Assembly: GCA_963726245.1 (NCBI GenBank)
Contig: CAVSBT010000016.1
Span: forward strand, 42,901 to 106,900
Origin: an uncultured Chloroflexia bacterium
GTDB lineage: Bacteria; Chloroflexota; Dehalococcoidia; DSTF01; JALHUB01
Length of the DNA stretch: 64,000 nt
Reading direction: 5' to 3'
Under the pieces are notes generated by a model that made no database searches, was not told the origin of the DNA, and saw only the letters and a list, made by a program, of their open reading frames with translations. Shown here piece after piece: positions 25,915-35,571 of the stretch (positions within the stretch are counted from its first letter, which is position 1; each line of letters opens with the position of its first letter). The position numbers and the translations under genes are program-made.

Positions 25915-26211
25915 CTAAATGCCCTCGAAGAGCTCGATCTTGTAGCCCTCCTCCAGGGTGACGATCGCCTTCTTCCAGGAGCGGCCCACACTGCGCGCGC
26001 GCCCGAAGCGCCGGACCTTGCCGTGCACGTTGGCGGTATTGACGCCGCGCACGCGCACGCTGAACGCCACCTCTACCGCCTGTTTGATCTGCACCTTGTT
26101 GGAATGGGGCGCGACCTCGAAGGCGTACTTGTTGAAGCCGGCAAGGACGGTGCTCTTCTCTGTCACCAACGGCCTAACGATGACCGTGTAGGGGTGAAGC
26201 GCCTTCGGCAT
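25915..26211 (-). CDS. rplW: 50S ribosomal protein L23
   Basis: P.VTEKS, K.QIKQAVE, WKKAIVTL. Confidence 0.97.
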   Translation of the reverse strand: MPKALHPYTVIVRPLVTEKSTVLAGFNKYAFEVAPHSNKVQIKQAVEVAFSVRVRGVNTANVHGKVRRFGRARSVGRSWKKAIVTLEEGYKIELFEGI

Positions 26212-26212
26212 C

Positions 26213-26920
26213 TCAGCTCCCCTCCCCTACCGCTACCTGCCCGTCCGGCAGGCGGGTCTGCTCGTCCGCGCGTGGCGCCCGACGGCGCAGCGCCCGTTCG
26301 CCGCCCCAGAGGGACTCGGCCTTGCGGACCGCGTCGACCGTCATGATCAGCGCTCGGTATGAGAGCATGTCCACCACGTTCAGGTAGGCGGCCGGCAGCA
26401 CCTTCGCCTCCGGCAGGTTGCGCGCCCCGAGGAGAACGTTGGGCTCCGGCTCCACGGTGACGATCAGCGCCGGCCCGGTGACCTCCAGGTTTGCCAGCAT
26501 CTCCGCCACGTCCTTGGTCCTGGGCTTCTCCAGGGCCAGGCGGTCCAGCACCTGCAGGTGGCCCTGCGCCGCCTTATCGGAGAGAACAGAGCGAATGGCC
26601 AGCCGTCGCATGCGTTTGGGCATCCTCTGTGCGAAGCTGCGGGGCTTGGGGCCGAAGGCCACGCCACCGCCCGAAAGGTTCGGCGCGCGTATGCTGCCCA
26701 TGCGGGCCCGTCCCGATCCCTTCTGGCGCCGCATCTTCGCCGTGCTCCCCCGCACCTCGCCTCGGGTCTTGGTGGCGCCCGTTCCCGCCCGGCGGTTGGC
26801 CAGGTGAGCGAGAAGCGCCTGGTGCACCACCGCCCGGTTAGGCTTGATGCCGAACACCCGGTCGTCCACCTCGATGGTGTCGACTTCTTGGCCCTGGGCG
26901 TCCTTGACTGTCAGTTGCAC
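26213..26920 (-). CDS. rplD: 50S ribosomal protein L4
   Basis: [31 protein letters not shown]. Confidence 0.97.
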   Translation of the reverse strand: MQLTVKDAQGQEVDTIEVDDRVFGIKPNRAVVHQALLAHLANRRAGTGATKTRGEVRGSTAKMRRQKGSGRARMGSIRAPNLSGGGVAFGPKPRSFAQRMPKRMRRLAIRSVLSDKAAQGHLQVLDRLALEKPRTKDVAEMLANLEVTGPALIVTVEPEPNVLLGARNLPEAKVLPAAYLNVVDMLSYRALIMTVDAVRKAESLWGGERALRRRAPRADEQTRLPDGQVAVGEGS

Positions 26921-26932
26921 GGGACGGCGACC

Positions 26933-27567
26933 TCAGTCCTTCTTCTTCTCAGCCAGGATGACCCGCTTGATGGCCAGGAGGCCGCTCCGAGCCCCGGGAC
27001 TGCTCCCTCCACCAGCAGGATGCCGGTGGCCGGGTTGCTTTCCAGCACCCGCAGGTTACGCACCGTTACCCGGGCGTTGCCCATGTGGCCGGCCATCTTC
27101 AGCCCCTTCAGCACCCGCCCCGGCGTGGTGCCGGAGCCGATGGAGCCCGGCGCCCGGTGCCGGTCCGACTGGCCGTGCGTACGGGGGCCGGTCCGAAAGC
27201 CGTGGCGGCGGACGCCGCCGGCAAACCCCCGGCCCTTGGACACGCCGGTGATGTTTACCAGCTCCCCCGCCTGGAAGAGCTCGGCGCCCAGGCGCTGGCC
27301 GACCTCGTACTCGGAGGCGTCGCCGACGCGGAACTCCCGCAGGTAGCGGAACTGGCCCAGCTTCTTCAGGTGCCCCTTCTCGGGCGAGTTGAGCTTCTTG
27401 CTGTGGCCGAAGCCCAGTTGCACCGCCTGGTAGCCATCGTTCTCCACGGTCTTCACCTGAATCACCAGGCAGGGGCCCGCCTCGATGACCGTGGCCGGCC
27501 GCACCTCGCCCTGCTGGTCGAAGTACTGGGTCATCCCTATCTTGCGCCCCAGGATACCGTCCGGCAT
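26933..27567 (-). CDS. rplC: 50S ribosomal protein L3 (apparent 1-bp deletion near 26993)
   Basis: GRKIGMTQ, DGYQAVQ, SKGRGFAG, HRAPGSIG, MAGHMG; corrected frame ends ...KKKD*. Confidence 0.96.
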
Positions 27568-27576
27568 CGGCCTCCC

Positions 27577-27885
<309 letters not shown>

Positions 27886-27912
27886 CGCTTCGCTCGCAAG
27901 GCGCCGCCCAAC

Positions 27913-30003
27913 TCAAGCTAGGGTCGGACGACGCACCCTTCCGCCGCCGATCTTCTCCGCCAGCGGCGCTGGCACCTCTTCGTAGTGGTCGAACTCCATG
28001 CTATGGGTGGCCCGCCCCTGGGTCAGAGACCGCAGGTCAGTGGCGTAGCCGAAGGTCTCCGCCAGGGGAACCAGGGCCCGCACTATCTGGGTGCTGCCCC
28101 TTGCATCCACGCCCATGACGTGGCCCCGGCGCGAGGTGATGTCGCCCACCACGTCGCCGAAGAACTGCTCCGGCGTGGCCGCCTCTATCTTCATGATGGG
28201 CTCCAGCAGGATGGAATCGCCCTTCTCCAGCGCCTGGTGCGTGGCCAGGGAGCCCGCCGTTCGGAAGGCGATCTCCGAGGAGTCGACGGGGTGGTAACTG
28301 CCGTCCACCAGGGTGGCCCGCACGTCGATGACCGGATAGCCGGCCACGGCGCCGCTGTCCAGCGCCTCCTTGACTCCCGCCTCCACGTCAGGGATGAACT
28401 CGCGGGGGATGACGGCCCCCACGATCTTCTTGACGAACTCGAAGCCGGCGCCCCGCTCCAGAGGCTCGAACTCCAGCCATACGTGGCCGTACTGGCCGCG
28501 GCCCCCGGTCTGACGGACGAAGCGCCCCTCGACCTTGACGGAGCGCGTGATCGTCTCCTTGTAGGCCACCTGAGGCCGGCCAACGTTGGCGCCCACCCGG
28601 AACTCGCGCAGCATGCGGTCCACGATCACCTCAAGGTGGAGCTCGCCCATGCCCGAGATGATCGTCTGGCCTGTTTCCTGGTCGTAGCGGATGCGGAAGG
28701 TGGGGTCTTCCTCTGCCAGGCGGTTCAGGGTCTCGCTCATGCGATCCTGGTCTTCTTTGGTCTTAGGCTCAATAGCGACTGCGATGACGGGTTCGGGGAA
28801 GCGGATGGATTCGAGGAGTATCTGGTGGCTAAGGTCGCTGAGGGTGTCGCCGGTGAACGTGTTCTTGAGGCCCACGGCGGCCGCGATATCGCCGGCGTAG
28901 ACCTCCTCTATCTCCTCGCGGTGATTGGCGTGCATACGCAGGAGCCGTCCGAACCGCTCTCGCTCGCCGCGGGTGCTGTTGAAGACTGTGGAGCCTGTCG
29001 CAGCCTTGCCTGAGTAGACACGGAAGTAGGCGAGGCGTCCCACGTAGGGGTCCGCCACGATCTTGAAGGCCAAAGAGGCGAAGGGGGCCGCGTCATCGGC
29101 CCGGCGCTCCTGGGCTTCGCCGGTCTTGGGGTTGCTTCCCGACACGGGCAGCACGTCATCCGGCGCCGGCAAGTAGTCGACGACGGCGTCCAGCAGGGGC
29201 TGGATGCCCTTGTTGCGGAGGGCGCTGCCACACAAGACGGGGGTAGCCGCGCTGCCCAGGGTGGCGCGGCGTAGGGCCTTCTTCAGCTCCGTGGCGCTGA
29301 CAGCGCGGCCCTCCACGTAGCTGATCATGAGCTGATGGTCGACCTCCGCCACCTTTTCGATGAGCTTCTCGCGCTGGCGGGCACAGGCCTCGGCGTACTC
29401 CGGGGGTACCGGCGTCATCTCCGGCGTCTCGTCGCGGTCGGCGGGGAAGATCCAGGCCTGCTCCTCCACGAGGTCGATTACGCCCCCGAAGTTGGCCTCC
29501 TCGCCGATGGGTATCTGGATGGGAAGAGGCCTGGCCTCCAGCCGCTCGGCAATCATGTCGATGGTCCGCCAGAGGTCAGCGCCCACCCGGTCCATCTTGT
29601 TCACGAAGCAGATCCTGGGCACGTGGTAACGGTCGGCCTGGCGCCACACGGTCTCCGACTGGGGCTCGACGCCGTGGACCGCGTCGAAGACCACGACGCC
29701 GCCGTCGAGGACGCGCAGGCTGCGCTCGACCTCAACCGTGAAGTCGACGTGGCCCGGGGTATCGATGATGTTCACCAGGTGGTCGCGCCACTCGCAGGTA
29801 GTGGCGGCGGCCGTGATGGTGATACCACGCTCCCTCTCCTGGTCCATCCAGTCCATGACGGCTGTGCCCTCGTGGACCTCGCCTATCTTGTAGGTGCGGC
29901 CAGTGTAGAACAGGATGCGTTCGGTCACGGTCGTCTTGCCGGCATCGATGTGGGCGATGATGCCGATGTTACGCGTTCGGTTGATTGATATCGTTCTTGG
30001 CAT
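27913..30003 (-). CDS. fusA: Elongation factor G
   Basis: [35 protein letters not shown]. Confidence 0.99.
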   Translation of the reverse strand: MPRTISINRTRNIGIIAHIDAGKTTVTERILFYTGRTYKIGEVHEGTAVMDWMDQERERGITITAAATTCEWRDHLVNIIDTPGHVDFTVEVERSLRVLDGGVVVFDAVHGVEPQSETVWRQADRYHVPRICFVNKMDRVGADLWRTIDMIAERLEARPLPIQIPIGEEANFGGVIDLVEEQAWIFPADRDETPEMTPVPPEYAEACARQREKLIEKVAEVDHQLMISYVEGRAVSATELKKALRRATLGSAATPVLCGSALRNKGIQPLLDAVVDYLPAPDDVLPVSGSNPKTGEAQERRADDAAPFASLAFKIVADPYVGRLAYFRVYSGKAATGSTVFNSTRGERERFGRLLRMHANHREEIEEVYAGDIAAAVGLKNTFTGDTLSDLSHQILLESIRFPEPVIAVAIEPKTKEDQDRMSETLNRLAEEDPTFRIRYDQETGQTIISGMGELHLEVIVDRMLREFRVGANVGRPQVAYKETITRSVKVEGRFVRQTGGRGQYGHVWLEFEPLERGAGFEFVKKIVGAVIPREFIPDVEAGVKEALDSGAVAGYPVIDVRATLVDGSYHPVDSSEIAFRTAGSLATHQALEKGDSILLEPIMKIEAATPEQFFGDVVGDITSRRGHVMGVDARGSTQIVRALVPLAETFGYATDLRSLTQGRATHSMEFDHYEEVPAPLAEKIGGGRVRRPTLA

Positions 30004-30065
30004 TCCACTTCAACAAACGAGACCGCCGGCGAAGGGTCACCGGCGGCTCTGGGGATCCCGCCGAT

Positions 30066-30536
30066 TCACCACCGGTAATGAACGAAGGCGCGGTTCGCCT
30101 CCGCCATGCGGTGGGTGTCTTCCTTGCGCTTGATGGTCGCGCCCTGGCCGTTGGCAGCATCCAGGAGCTCCGCTGCCAGCCTCTCGGGGAACGAGCGGCC
30201 GCGGCGGGCCCGTGACGCGTTCAGCAGCCAGCGCATCGCCAGCGAGTTCCTGCGCTCGGAGCGGATATCTACCGGAACCTGGTAGGTGGCGCCGCCCACC
30301 CGCCGGGGCTTCACCTCCACCACCGGCGTGGCGTTGCGGAGGGCCTGGTCGAAGATGTCCAGCGGGTTGCGCTTGGTCTGCGCCTCAATCTGGTCAAGAG
30401 CTTTGTAGACGACGCGCTCGGCCAGGCTCTTCCTGCCGTCGCGCATGACCTTGTGGATAAACGCAGCCAGCGCCCGGCTGTGATAGCGGGCGTCGGGTGA
30501 AACCTCCCTGCGAACGACTTTGGCTCGTCTTGGCAT
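30066..30536 (-). CDS. rpsG: 30S ribosomal protein S7
   Basis: RRVGGATYQVP, HRMAEANRAF.HYRW. Confidence 0.98.
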   Translation of the reverse strand: MPRRAKVVRREVSPDARYHSRALAAFIHKVMRDGRKSLAERVVYKALDQIEAQTKRNPLDIFDQALRNATPVVEVKPRRVGGATYQVPVDIRSERRNSLAMRWLLNASRARRGRSFPERLAAELLDAANGQGATIKRKEDTHRMAEANRAFVHYRW

Positions 30537-30539
30537 GTC

Positions 30540-30971
30540 CTAGCCCGCCGTCTGCGGCCCTCCCGTCTTGCGGGTGCCGTACTTGCTGCGACCGCGCCGG
30601 CGCCCCGACACTCCCTGAGCATCCAGAGCGCCCCGGATGATGTGATAGCGCACGCCGGGGAGATCCTTGATGCGGCCGCCCCGGATGAGCACCACAGAGT
30701 GCTCCTGAAGGGTGTGGCCTTCACCCGGAATGTAGGCCGTGACCTCGATGCCGTTGGTGAGGCGCACGCGGGCGATCTTGCGCAGAGCTGAATTCGGCTT
30801 CTTGGGGGTCATGGTCCGCACCTGGGTGCAGACGCCCCGCTTCTGGGGCGACCCCTCGCCTCGCACTAGACGACCCCTCAGCGCATTCAGGGTGAAACGC
30901 AGGGCGGGCGCCTTGGTCTTCTTGACTACCTTCTTGCGCCCCTTGCGCACCAACTGATTGATGGTAGGCAC
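30540..30971 (-). CDS. rpsL: 30S ribosomal protein S12
   Basis: [27 protein letters not shown]. Confidence 0.99.
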   Translation of the reverse strand: MPTINQLVRKGRKKVVKKTKAPALRFTLNALRGRLVRGEGSPQKRGVCTQVRTMTPKKPNSALRKIARVRLTNGIEVTAYIPGEGHTLQEHSVVLIRGGRIKDLPGVRYHIIRGALDAQGVSGRRRGRSKYGTRKTGGPQTAG

Positions 30972-31013
30972 GGCTTTCTCCTGCCTGTCTGTCTCAACGT
31001 CTATGGTGCGAAC

Positions 31014-31193
31014 GCCGCAGTCACGATGATAGGTCGAAAGCCCCGACTCCTGAGCCAGTGCGGCGTGGGGCGCTGCTGCGGCGGGCTCACCGAGCCCTCG
31101 ATGCAGTTTCCCGACGTTAGCCGGGGCTGCCCCACTAAGCGCCGACCGTAGTCACTTTCGGGGTCTTCCGACCTTTTGCCGTATACCTGCGGC
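31014..31193 (-). ncRNA. Candidate structured RNA in the rpsL 5' leader (r-leader or 6S-like; family unassigned)
   Basis: Nested long-range complementarity: 31187-31193 with 31014-31020; 31158-31174 with 31031-31046; internal hairpins. Confidence 0.5.
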
Positions 31194-31211
31194 CTAGAGC
31201 GCCGAAACCGT

Positions 31212-31240
31212 AGTCTAGCAGGGGCGTAATGTGGTGTCAA
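31212..31240 (-). promoter_or_regulatory. Sigma70 promoter for the rpsL/ribosomal supercluster
   Basis: TTGACA-N17-TAGACT on the minus strand. Confidence 0.75.
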
Positions 31241-31303
31241 GGAGTGGATAGAGTGGGTAAGACCCCTGATTGCCCCTATGTTCAGTCCGCTCCCTGGACG
31301 GCG

Positions 31304-31331
31304 TTGACCATATGGTATCGCTGGCTATCAT
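31304..31331 (+). promoter_or_regulatory. Possible sigma70 promoter for the Fe-S oxidoreductase/etf operon
   Basis: TTGACC-N16-TATCAT. Confidence 0.45.
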
Positions 31332-31421
31332 AGCCTGATGGTGGGCCTGCAGCCGGCGCTGCCTTAGACTGGCTCGGCCCCCTCTTGATCAGCTAGCTCA
31401 CCCCTTACCTAGGGAGGCGCT

Positions 31422-33494
31422 ATGGCCCCTTCTAATGAGTTCCCCGGCAACATCTTCTTCTACGTCCTCTTTATAGGGTTCATGTCGTTCTTCATCTGGG
31501 CGGTGTTCCTCCGACTCAGGGTTTTCATGCGGGGCAAGATGGTGGTCCGCTGGGACCAGCTTCCCAAGCGCGTCATCACGGCCGCCGGCCTCGTCCTCGG
31601 CAACTGGCGGGTGGCCACCCGACGCCGCTACTGGCTATCGGGCATTGCCCACACCATGATCTTCTGGGGCTTTATCACCCTGCAGGTCCGCACCCTGAAC
31701 TTCCTCCTCGACGGAGTCAACGAAAAGGCCAGCCTGCAGCACATCTTCGGCAACGTTTACACCTACTACCGGCCGGTCATGGACCTCTTCGACGTCCTCG
31801 TCATCGTCGGTGTGGGCATAGCCATGTTCCAGCGCACAGTGCTGAAGCCGGCGCGCATGACCCTCAACAGGGACGCCTGGATCATCCTCGGCCTGATCGA
31901 CTTCCTGATGATCACGGACGTCATGACGAACAGCTTCGAGATCTCCATGGCTCGAGGCAGCCAGGACTACTTCACGTTCTTCGGCTTCGGCGTCGCCAAC
32001 CTGTGGGACCGCGTCGGCCTGCAGGGAAGCTCCCTTCAAGCCCTGCACACCACCTTCTGGTACCTGCACCTGGTCGACTTCCTGGTCTTCCTCAACTTCC
32101 TGCCCTTCTCCAAGCATTCGCACGTTATCACGGTGTCTTTCAACGTCCTCTTCCGCAGCCTCCAGCCCACGGGCGTCCTCCAGCCCATGCCTGAACTGGA
32201 GACGCTGGAGGTCTTCGGCGCCGGCCGCGTGAAGGACTTCACCTGGAAGCAGATGATGGACTTCTACACCTGTACGGAGTGCGGTCGCTGCGAGGTCAAC
32301 TGCCCCGCCTTCCTCACCGGCAAGGCGCTTTCGCCCAAGAAGATCATGCACGACCTGCGCCGGACTACGCAGATCCACGTGGTTCCGGCCTTCTCGCCCC
32401 AGAGGTTCGGCTCCATTCCCCTTGACGGCGAGATGAACGAGACCATCGAGCACGTCGGCTTCGACCCCGTGTGGGACTGCGTCACCTGCGGCGCCTGCCA
32501 GGAGCAGTGCCCCGTCTTCATCGAGCACATCTCCGAGATCATCGAGATGCGCCGCTTCCTGGTGATGAACGAGGCCAACATGCCGGAGCTGGCTCAGACC
32601 ACCCTCATGCAGATCGAGCAGCGCGGCCACCCCTGGCGCGGCACCGTCCTCACCCGCACCTCCTGGATGGAGGACATGGGCGTGGAGGTGCCCCGTTTCA
32701 CCGGCGAGCAGGAGTACCTCTACTGGGTGGGCTGCTCCGGCGCCCTGGTGGAGCGCAACCTGCCGGTCACTCAGGCCATGGCCCGACTGCTCTTGGAGGC
32801 AGGAGTGAGCTTCGGCGTGCTGGGCGAGGAGGAGACCTGCTCCGGCGACCCGGCGCGCCGCTTCGGAAACGAGTACCTGTTCCAGCTCCAGGCCCAGCAG
32901 ACGGTCGAGACCTTGAACTCCAAGGGGGTCAAGAAGATCATCACCAACTGCCCCCACTGCTTCAACACCTTCAAGAACGAGTACCCGCAGCTGGATGGTC
33001 GCTACGAGGTGATCCACCACACGGAGTTCCTCGCCCAGCTCGTCCGGGAGGGCCGCCTGCAGCCCAAGGACGGCCTGGCCCAGAAGGTGACGTATCACGA
33101 CTCCTGCTACCTGGGCCGCCACAACGGGGTGTTTGACGCGCCGCGAGAGGTCATCGCCAGCCTGCCCGGAGTCGAGGTGGTGGAGATGCCCCGCAGCCGC
33201 CGCACCGGCTTCTGCTGCGGCGCCGGCGGGTCGCACATGTGGCTGGAGGAGTCCACCGGCAAGCGCATCAACAACGAGCGCTCCGAAGAGGCGCAGGCCA
33301 GCGGCGCCGATGTGGTGGCCACGGCCTGCCCATTCTGTATCCAGATGTTCGACGACGGGATTCCCGCCGTGGAGCCCGACGAGACGAAGCGTATGCGCGT
33401 CCTCGACGTGGCCGAGCTCCTCGAGGCGGCGACGGTTCCGGCCGCTGCCCGCCGGCAAGAGGCAGCACGTCCCCAAGTCGCGCCTGAGGAGTGA
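31422..33494 (+). CDS. Membrane Fe-S oxidoreductase (FadF/HdrD-like; probable ETF:quinone oxidoreductase)
   Basis: N-terminal TM helices with His residues (FSKHSH), two CxxCxxCxxxCP clusters, two CCG domains (CSGD, YHDSCYLGR, CCGAGG, ACPFC); upstream of etfBA. Confidence 0.88.
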   Translation: MAPSNEFPGNIFFYVLFIGFMSFFIWAVFLRLRVFMRGKMVVRWDQLPKRVITAAGLVLGNWRVATRRRYWLSGIAHTMIFWGFITLQVRTLNFLLDGVNEKASLQHIFGNVYTYYRPVMDLFDVLVIVGVGIAMFQRTVLKPARMTLNRDAWIILGLIDFLMITDVMTNSFEISMARGSQDYFTFFGFGVANLWDRVGLQGSSLQALHTTFWYLHLVDFLVFLNFLPFSKHSHVITVSFNVLFRSLQPTGVLQPMPELETLEVFGAGRVKDFTWKQMMDFYTCTECGRCEVNCPAFLTGKALSPKKIMHDLRRTTQIHVVPAFSPQRFGSIPLDGEMNETIEHVGFDPVWDCVTCGACQEQCPVFIEHISEIIEMRRFLVMNEANMPELAQTTLMQIEQRGHPWRGTVLTRTSWMEDMGVEVPRFTGEQEYLYWVGCSGALVERNLPVTQAMARLLLEAGVSFGVLGEEETCSGDPARRFGNEYLFQLQAQQTVETLNSKGVKKIITNCPHCFNTFKNEYPQLDGRYEVIHHTEFLAQLVREGRLQPKDGLAQKVTYHDSCYLGRHNGVFDAPREVIASLPGVEVVEMPRSRRTGFCCGAGGSHMWLEESTGKRINNERSEEAQASGADVVATACPFCIQMFDDGIPAVEPDETKRMRVLDVAELLEAATVPAAARRQEAARPQVAPEE

Positions 33495-33628
33495 GAAGGC
33501 AGCTAGATCAGCCATGACCCGCCATAGGCGGGTCGCCAAGGGGGAGCGGGAGGTTCACCCAAGAGCGCTTCCTCGAGTACCCATCAAGCCCTGTAGTCAT
33601 CTCTAATGCCAAAGGCAGGAGGTAGAGA

Positions 33629-34438
33629 ATGCCGTTGAACATGATTGTGTGCGTCAAACAGGTCCCAGACCCGGAGACGCCCCCCAGCAGCTTTCGGGTG
33701 GACGAGGTCGCCAAGAAGGTCGTCCCGGCGGCCGGCGTCCAGCCGGTTATCAGCCAGTTCGATGCCATCGCCGCGGAGGCCGCGCTCCGCATTCGCGACG
33801 CCGGCGCTGACGCCAAGATCACCGTGGTCAGCCTGGGGCCCGCCAGCGCCCGCGACGTCATCAAGATTGTCCTGGCGATGGGCGCCGACGAGGGATTCCA
33901 GCTTACCGACGCCGCCTTCGAAGACGGGGATAGCTACACCACCGCCCTGGCGCTGACCACCGCCATCAAGAAGCTGGGCGACTTCGATGTCATCTTCTGC
34001 GGTCGCCAGGCTGTCGACTGGGACATGGGCGTCACCGGCTCGGCCATGGCCGAGATACTGGGGCTGCCCACGGTCACCCTGGCCAAGGACGTGCAGCACA
34101 AGGACGGCAAACTGGTCGTAGAGCGCGTGCTCGCCGACGGGTACGAGACCCTGGAGGTGCCCATCCCATGCCTGATCACGGTCAGCAACGAGATGGGAGA
34201 GCCCCGTTACCCAAAGCTCCAGCAGATCATGGCCGCGGCCCGCAAGCAGGTCACCGTATGGTCCGCCGCGGACCTGGGTCTGGATGCCAGCCAGATCGGC
34301 AAGCAGGGTGTCCGGCTCAACCTCGAGCGCCTGTTCATCCCCGTGGTGGAGAGCAAGTGCGAATACGTGGAAGGCGAGACGCCTGAGGAGACCGCCAACG
34401 CCCTCGCTCAGAAGCTGCGCGAAGCGAAGCTGGTCTAG
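33629..34438 (+). CDS. etfB: Electron transfer flavoprotein beta subunit
   Basis: VCVKQVPDPE, LAMGAD, CGRQAVD.D.G, EPRYP. Confidence 0.94.
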   Translation: MPLNMIVCVKQVPDPETPPSSFRVDEVAKKVVPAAGVQPVISQFDAIAAEAALRIRDAGADAKITVVSLGPASARDVIKIVLAMGADEGFQLTDAAFEDGDSYTTALALTTAIKKLGDFDVIFCGRQAVDWDMGVTGSAMAEILGLPTVTLAKDVQHKDGKLVVERVLADGYETLEVPIPCLITVSNEMGEPRYPKLQQIMAAARKQVTVWSAADLGLDASQIGKQGVRLNLERLFIPVVESKCEYVEGETPEETANALAQKLREAKLV

Positions 34439-34475
34439 TCGGCGCTGACTTACTCCCCAGAAGGAGAACGATAGA

Positions 34476-35465
34476 ATGGCTAACGAAAACGGAATCCTGA
34501 TTTTCGCCGAGGCGGAAGACGGCGCTCTGGCCCCCGTCACCGGCGAGCTGCTGGCAGCGGCTCGCCGGCTGGGCGGCAGCCTGGGCCAGCCTGCCTGCGC
34601 CGCCCTGATCGGTTCCGGCGTCGCCGGCCTGGCTCAAGAGGCCGTTGCCTTCGGCGCCGACAAGGTCTTCGTCGTCGACGACGCCCAGCTTGCCCAGTAC
34701 ACCACCGATGCCTACGTAGCCGCCATGGAGCAAGTGTGCAGCCAGGCCAATCCGGCCGCCATCCTCCTCGGCCAGACCGACGCCGGCCGCGACCTGGCGC
34801 CTTCGCTGGCCTTCCGCCTGGGCACCACCGTCGCCATGGACTGCGTCGAGCTGGGCGTTCAGGACGGAAAGATGGCGATGACCCGGCCCTGCTACGGCGG
34901 CGCCGCCCGCGCCGTCCATACCAGCAAGACCATGCCCCAGATGGCCACCCTACGACCCAAGTCCAACGATCCTCTGGCCAAGGATGCCTCTCGCAAGGGC
35001 GAGGTGGTGACGGTCAGCGCATCGCTGGACGCGTCCGCGATGCGCACCAAGGTCCTGGACAGGAAGAAGGTCGAGGCCACGGGCATCCGCCTGGAGGACG
35101 CCGACGTCGTCGTCTGCGGCGGCCGCGGCATCGGCGGGGCGGAAGGCTTCCAGACCCTAGATGCGCTGGCCAGCGTCCTGGGCGGCGCCGTGGGCGTCAC
35201 CCGCGCGGTCTGCGACATGGGCTGGCGCCCGGTGTCGGAGCAGATCGGCCTGACCGGCAAGGTGGTGGGCCCGACGCTCTACTTTGCCATCGCCCTCTCC
35301 GGAGCGAGCCAGCACATGGCGGGCTGCTCCGGCGCCAAGAACATCGTCGCCATCAACAAGGACCCGGAGGCGAACATCTTCAAGTCCGCCCGCTTCGGCA
35401 TCGTGGGCGACTACAAGCAGGTAATGCCCGCCCTGCTGGAAGCTGTCAAGAAGGCTAAGGGCTAG
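34476..35465 (+). CDS. etfA: Electron transfer flavoprotein alpha subunit
   Basis: GGRG, QIGLTGKVV.P.LY, SGASQH.AG, AINKDPEA.IF. Confidence 0.94.
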   Translation: MANENGILIFAEAEDGALAPVTGELLAAARRLGGSLGQPACAALIGSGVAGLAQEAVAFGADKVFVVDDAQLAQYTTDAYVAAMEQVCSQANPAAILLGQTDAGRDLAPSLAFRLGTTVAMDCVELGVQDGKMAMTRPCYGGAARAVHTSKTMPQMATLRPKSNDPLAKDASRKGEVVTVSASLDASAMRTKVLDRKKVEATGIRLEDADVVVCGGRGIGGAEGFQTLDALASVLGGAVGVTRAVCDMGWRPVSEQIGLTGKVVGPTLYFAIALSGASQHMAGCSGAKNIVAINKDPEANIFKSARFGIVGDYKQVMPALLEAVKKAKG

Positions 35466-35489
35466 CCGTCACCGCCTGAAACGACACGA

Positions 35490-35526
35490 AGGAGCGAGGG
35501 GACGCCGCCGGCGTTCCCTCGCTCCT
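35490..35526 (+). terminator. Strong hairpin after etfA (probable terminator, no U-tract)
   Basis: AGGAGCGAGGGGACGCC-GCC-GGCGTTCCCTCGCTCCT. Confidence 0.5.
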
Positions 35527-35571
35527 GGCTGCGTGGAGCACTCCTTTCCCCTGTGCTAGCCTAGCAGCACT

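Noticed and set aside
31140-31185. c-di-GMP-I riboswitch resemblance (GGCAAA plus GNRA hairpin) in the rpsL leader
   Set aside because: Lacks GACGCAAA and the P3 tetraloop-receptor arm; the same bases fit a longer helix better
31635-33539. Long antisense or alternate-frame ORFs (e.g. 31635-33539, 50605-52143, 21349-22653, 57593-58975)
   Set aside because: Shadow ORFs of well-supported genes, caused by high GC3 and few stop codons; no recognisable motifs
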